A DNA stretch of 64,000 bases. It comes from Chiloscyllium plagiosum. Taxonomy: Eukaryota. A program made the position numbers and the translations under genes. The notes under the pieces were generated by a model. The model was not told the DNA's origin, made no database searches, and worked only from the letters and a program-made list of their open reading frames with translations. Below, one piece after another: positions 63,290 to 64,000 of this stretch (the first letter of the stretch is position 1; the number at the start of each line of letters is the position of its first letter). Location of the stretch: contig NC_057756.1 in the NCBI RefSeq assembly GCF_004010195.1, positions 4,855,211 through 4,919,210 on the forward strand. Direction: 5' to 3'.

Positions 63290-63860
63290 CGAGAAAATGT
63301 GGAGCTGGAAAGGCACAGCAAGTCAGACAGAGGAGCAGACAAGTTGACGTTTTGGGTCAGGACCCTTCATCAAGACTTGGGGTGGTGGGGGAGAGGGGAA
63401 GGAAGCTCAGAAATAAATAGAGAGAAGGGGTTGGGACTGGGGGATGGTTGGGATGGTGATAGGTGGATGCAGGTAGTGGGTGATCATGAGTGGTCAGTGG
63501 GATAGGTGGAGCAGACAGGTGAGAAGGAAGATGGAAAGGTTAAGTTGGGTCAAGGAGGTGGGGAGGAGAGGGAGGGATGGGCATTGGATGAGGTTTGGGG
63601 GTAGGGAGAATTTGAAGCTGGTGAACTCTATGGTGAGGCCATTAATCTCCTGAGGCGCCTTTTCCCTCCAGTGTGCGTTGTGGCCTCATTTTGACAGTGG
63701 ATGAGGCCTAGGATGGACGTGTCGCCAAGGGAGAGGGAGGGGGTGTTGAAAATGGCTGGCAACCAGGAAGTGGTGTTGATCGGAGCGTAGAGAGCACAGA
63801 TGCTCCCCGAGTCGGAGCTTGGTCTCTCCTGATGTAGAGAAAACCACGTCAGGAGCATTA
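63290..63860 (-). mobile_element. Decayed Penelope-like GIY-YIG end plus terminal repeat
   Basis: LYI(G)ETKLRLGEHL..VASHF..SILGLIHCQNEAT remnant; degenerate hammerhead 63343-63376. Confidence 0.7.
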
Positions 63861-64000
63861 GAGCAGGTTAGAAGAAGTGCCGTGGAACAAGAAGTGGCAG
63901 AGTTAAATCAGAGTTGAGGAGAAATTGCTTCTCTCAGATGGTCAGAGTGCGGTGGATGGTGGGACAGTGAATAAAGTTAAGGAGGAGATCAACAGATTTT

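Overview
Vertebrate, repeat-dense DNA from a cartilaginous fish. The HE1-type tRNA-derived SINEs, CR1/HER1 LINE tails, Penelope termini and 33-bp minisatellite point to a shark; bamboo shark (Chiloscyllium) is my inference. There are three assembly gaps. The only intact protein gene is a single-exon, CpG-rich GPR15 orthologue (34940-36055, +). A decayed full-length Gmr1-like Gypsy LTR retrotransposon (10288-18023, PR-INT-RT-RH order) carries several nested insertions. The main unexpected signal is in the non-repeat DNA between the transposons. Read by eye, allowing frameshifts, it resolves into about 30 heavily decayed antigen-receptor V-segment-like remnants on both strands. They show leader exons, short introns, Cys..W-Y-x-Q-x-P-G motifs, RF-S..L-x-I-xx-L-xx-D-x-x-x-Y-x-C FR3 motifs and a few 23-spacer RSSs. 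GPR15 therefore appears to sit inside a TCR-V-like pseudogene graveyard. These V calls are manual pattern recognition and need frameshift-aware HMM confirmation against shuffled controls. The Penelope-like termini carry minimal hammerhead ribozyme motifs whose stem II covaries across four families.
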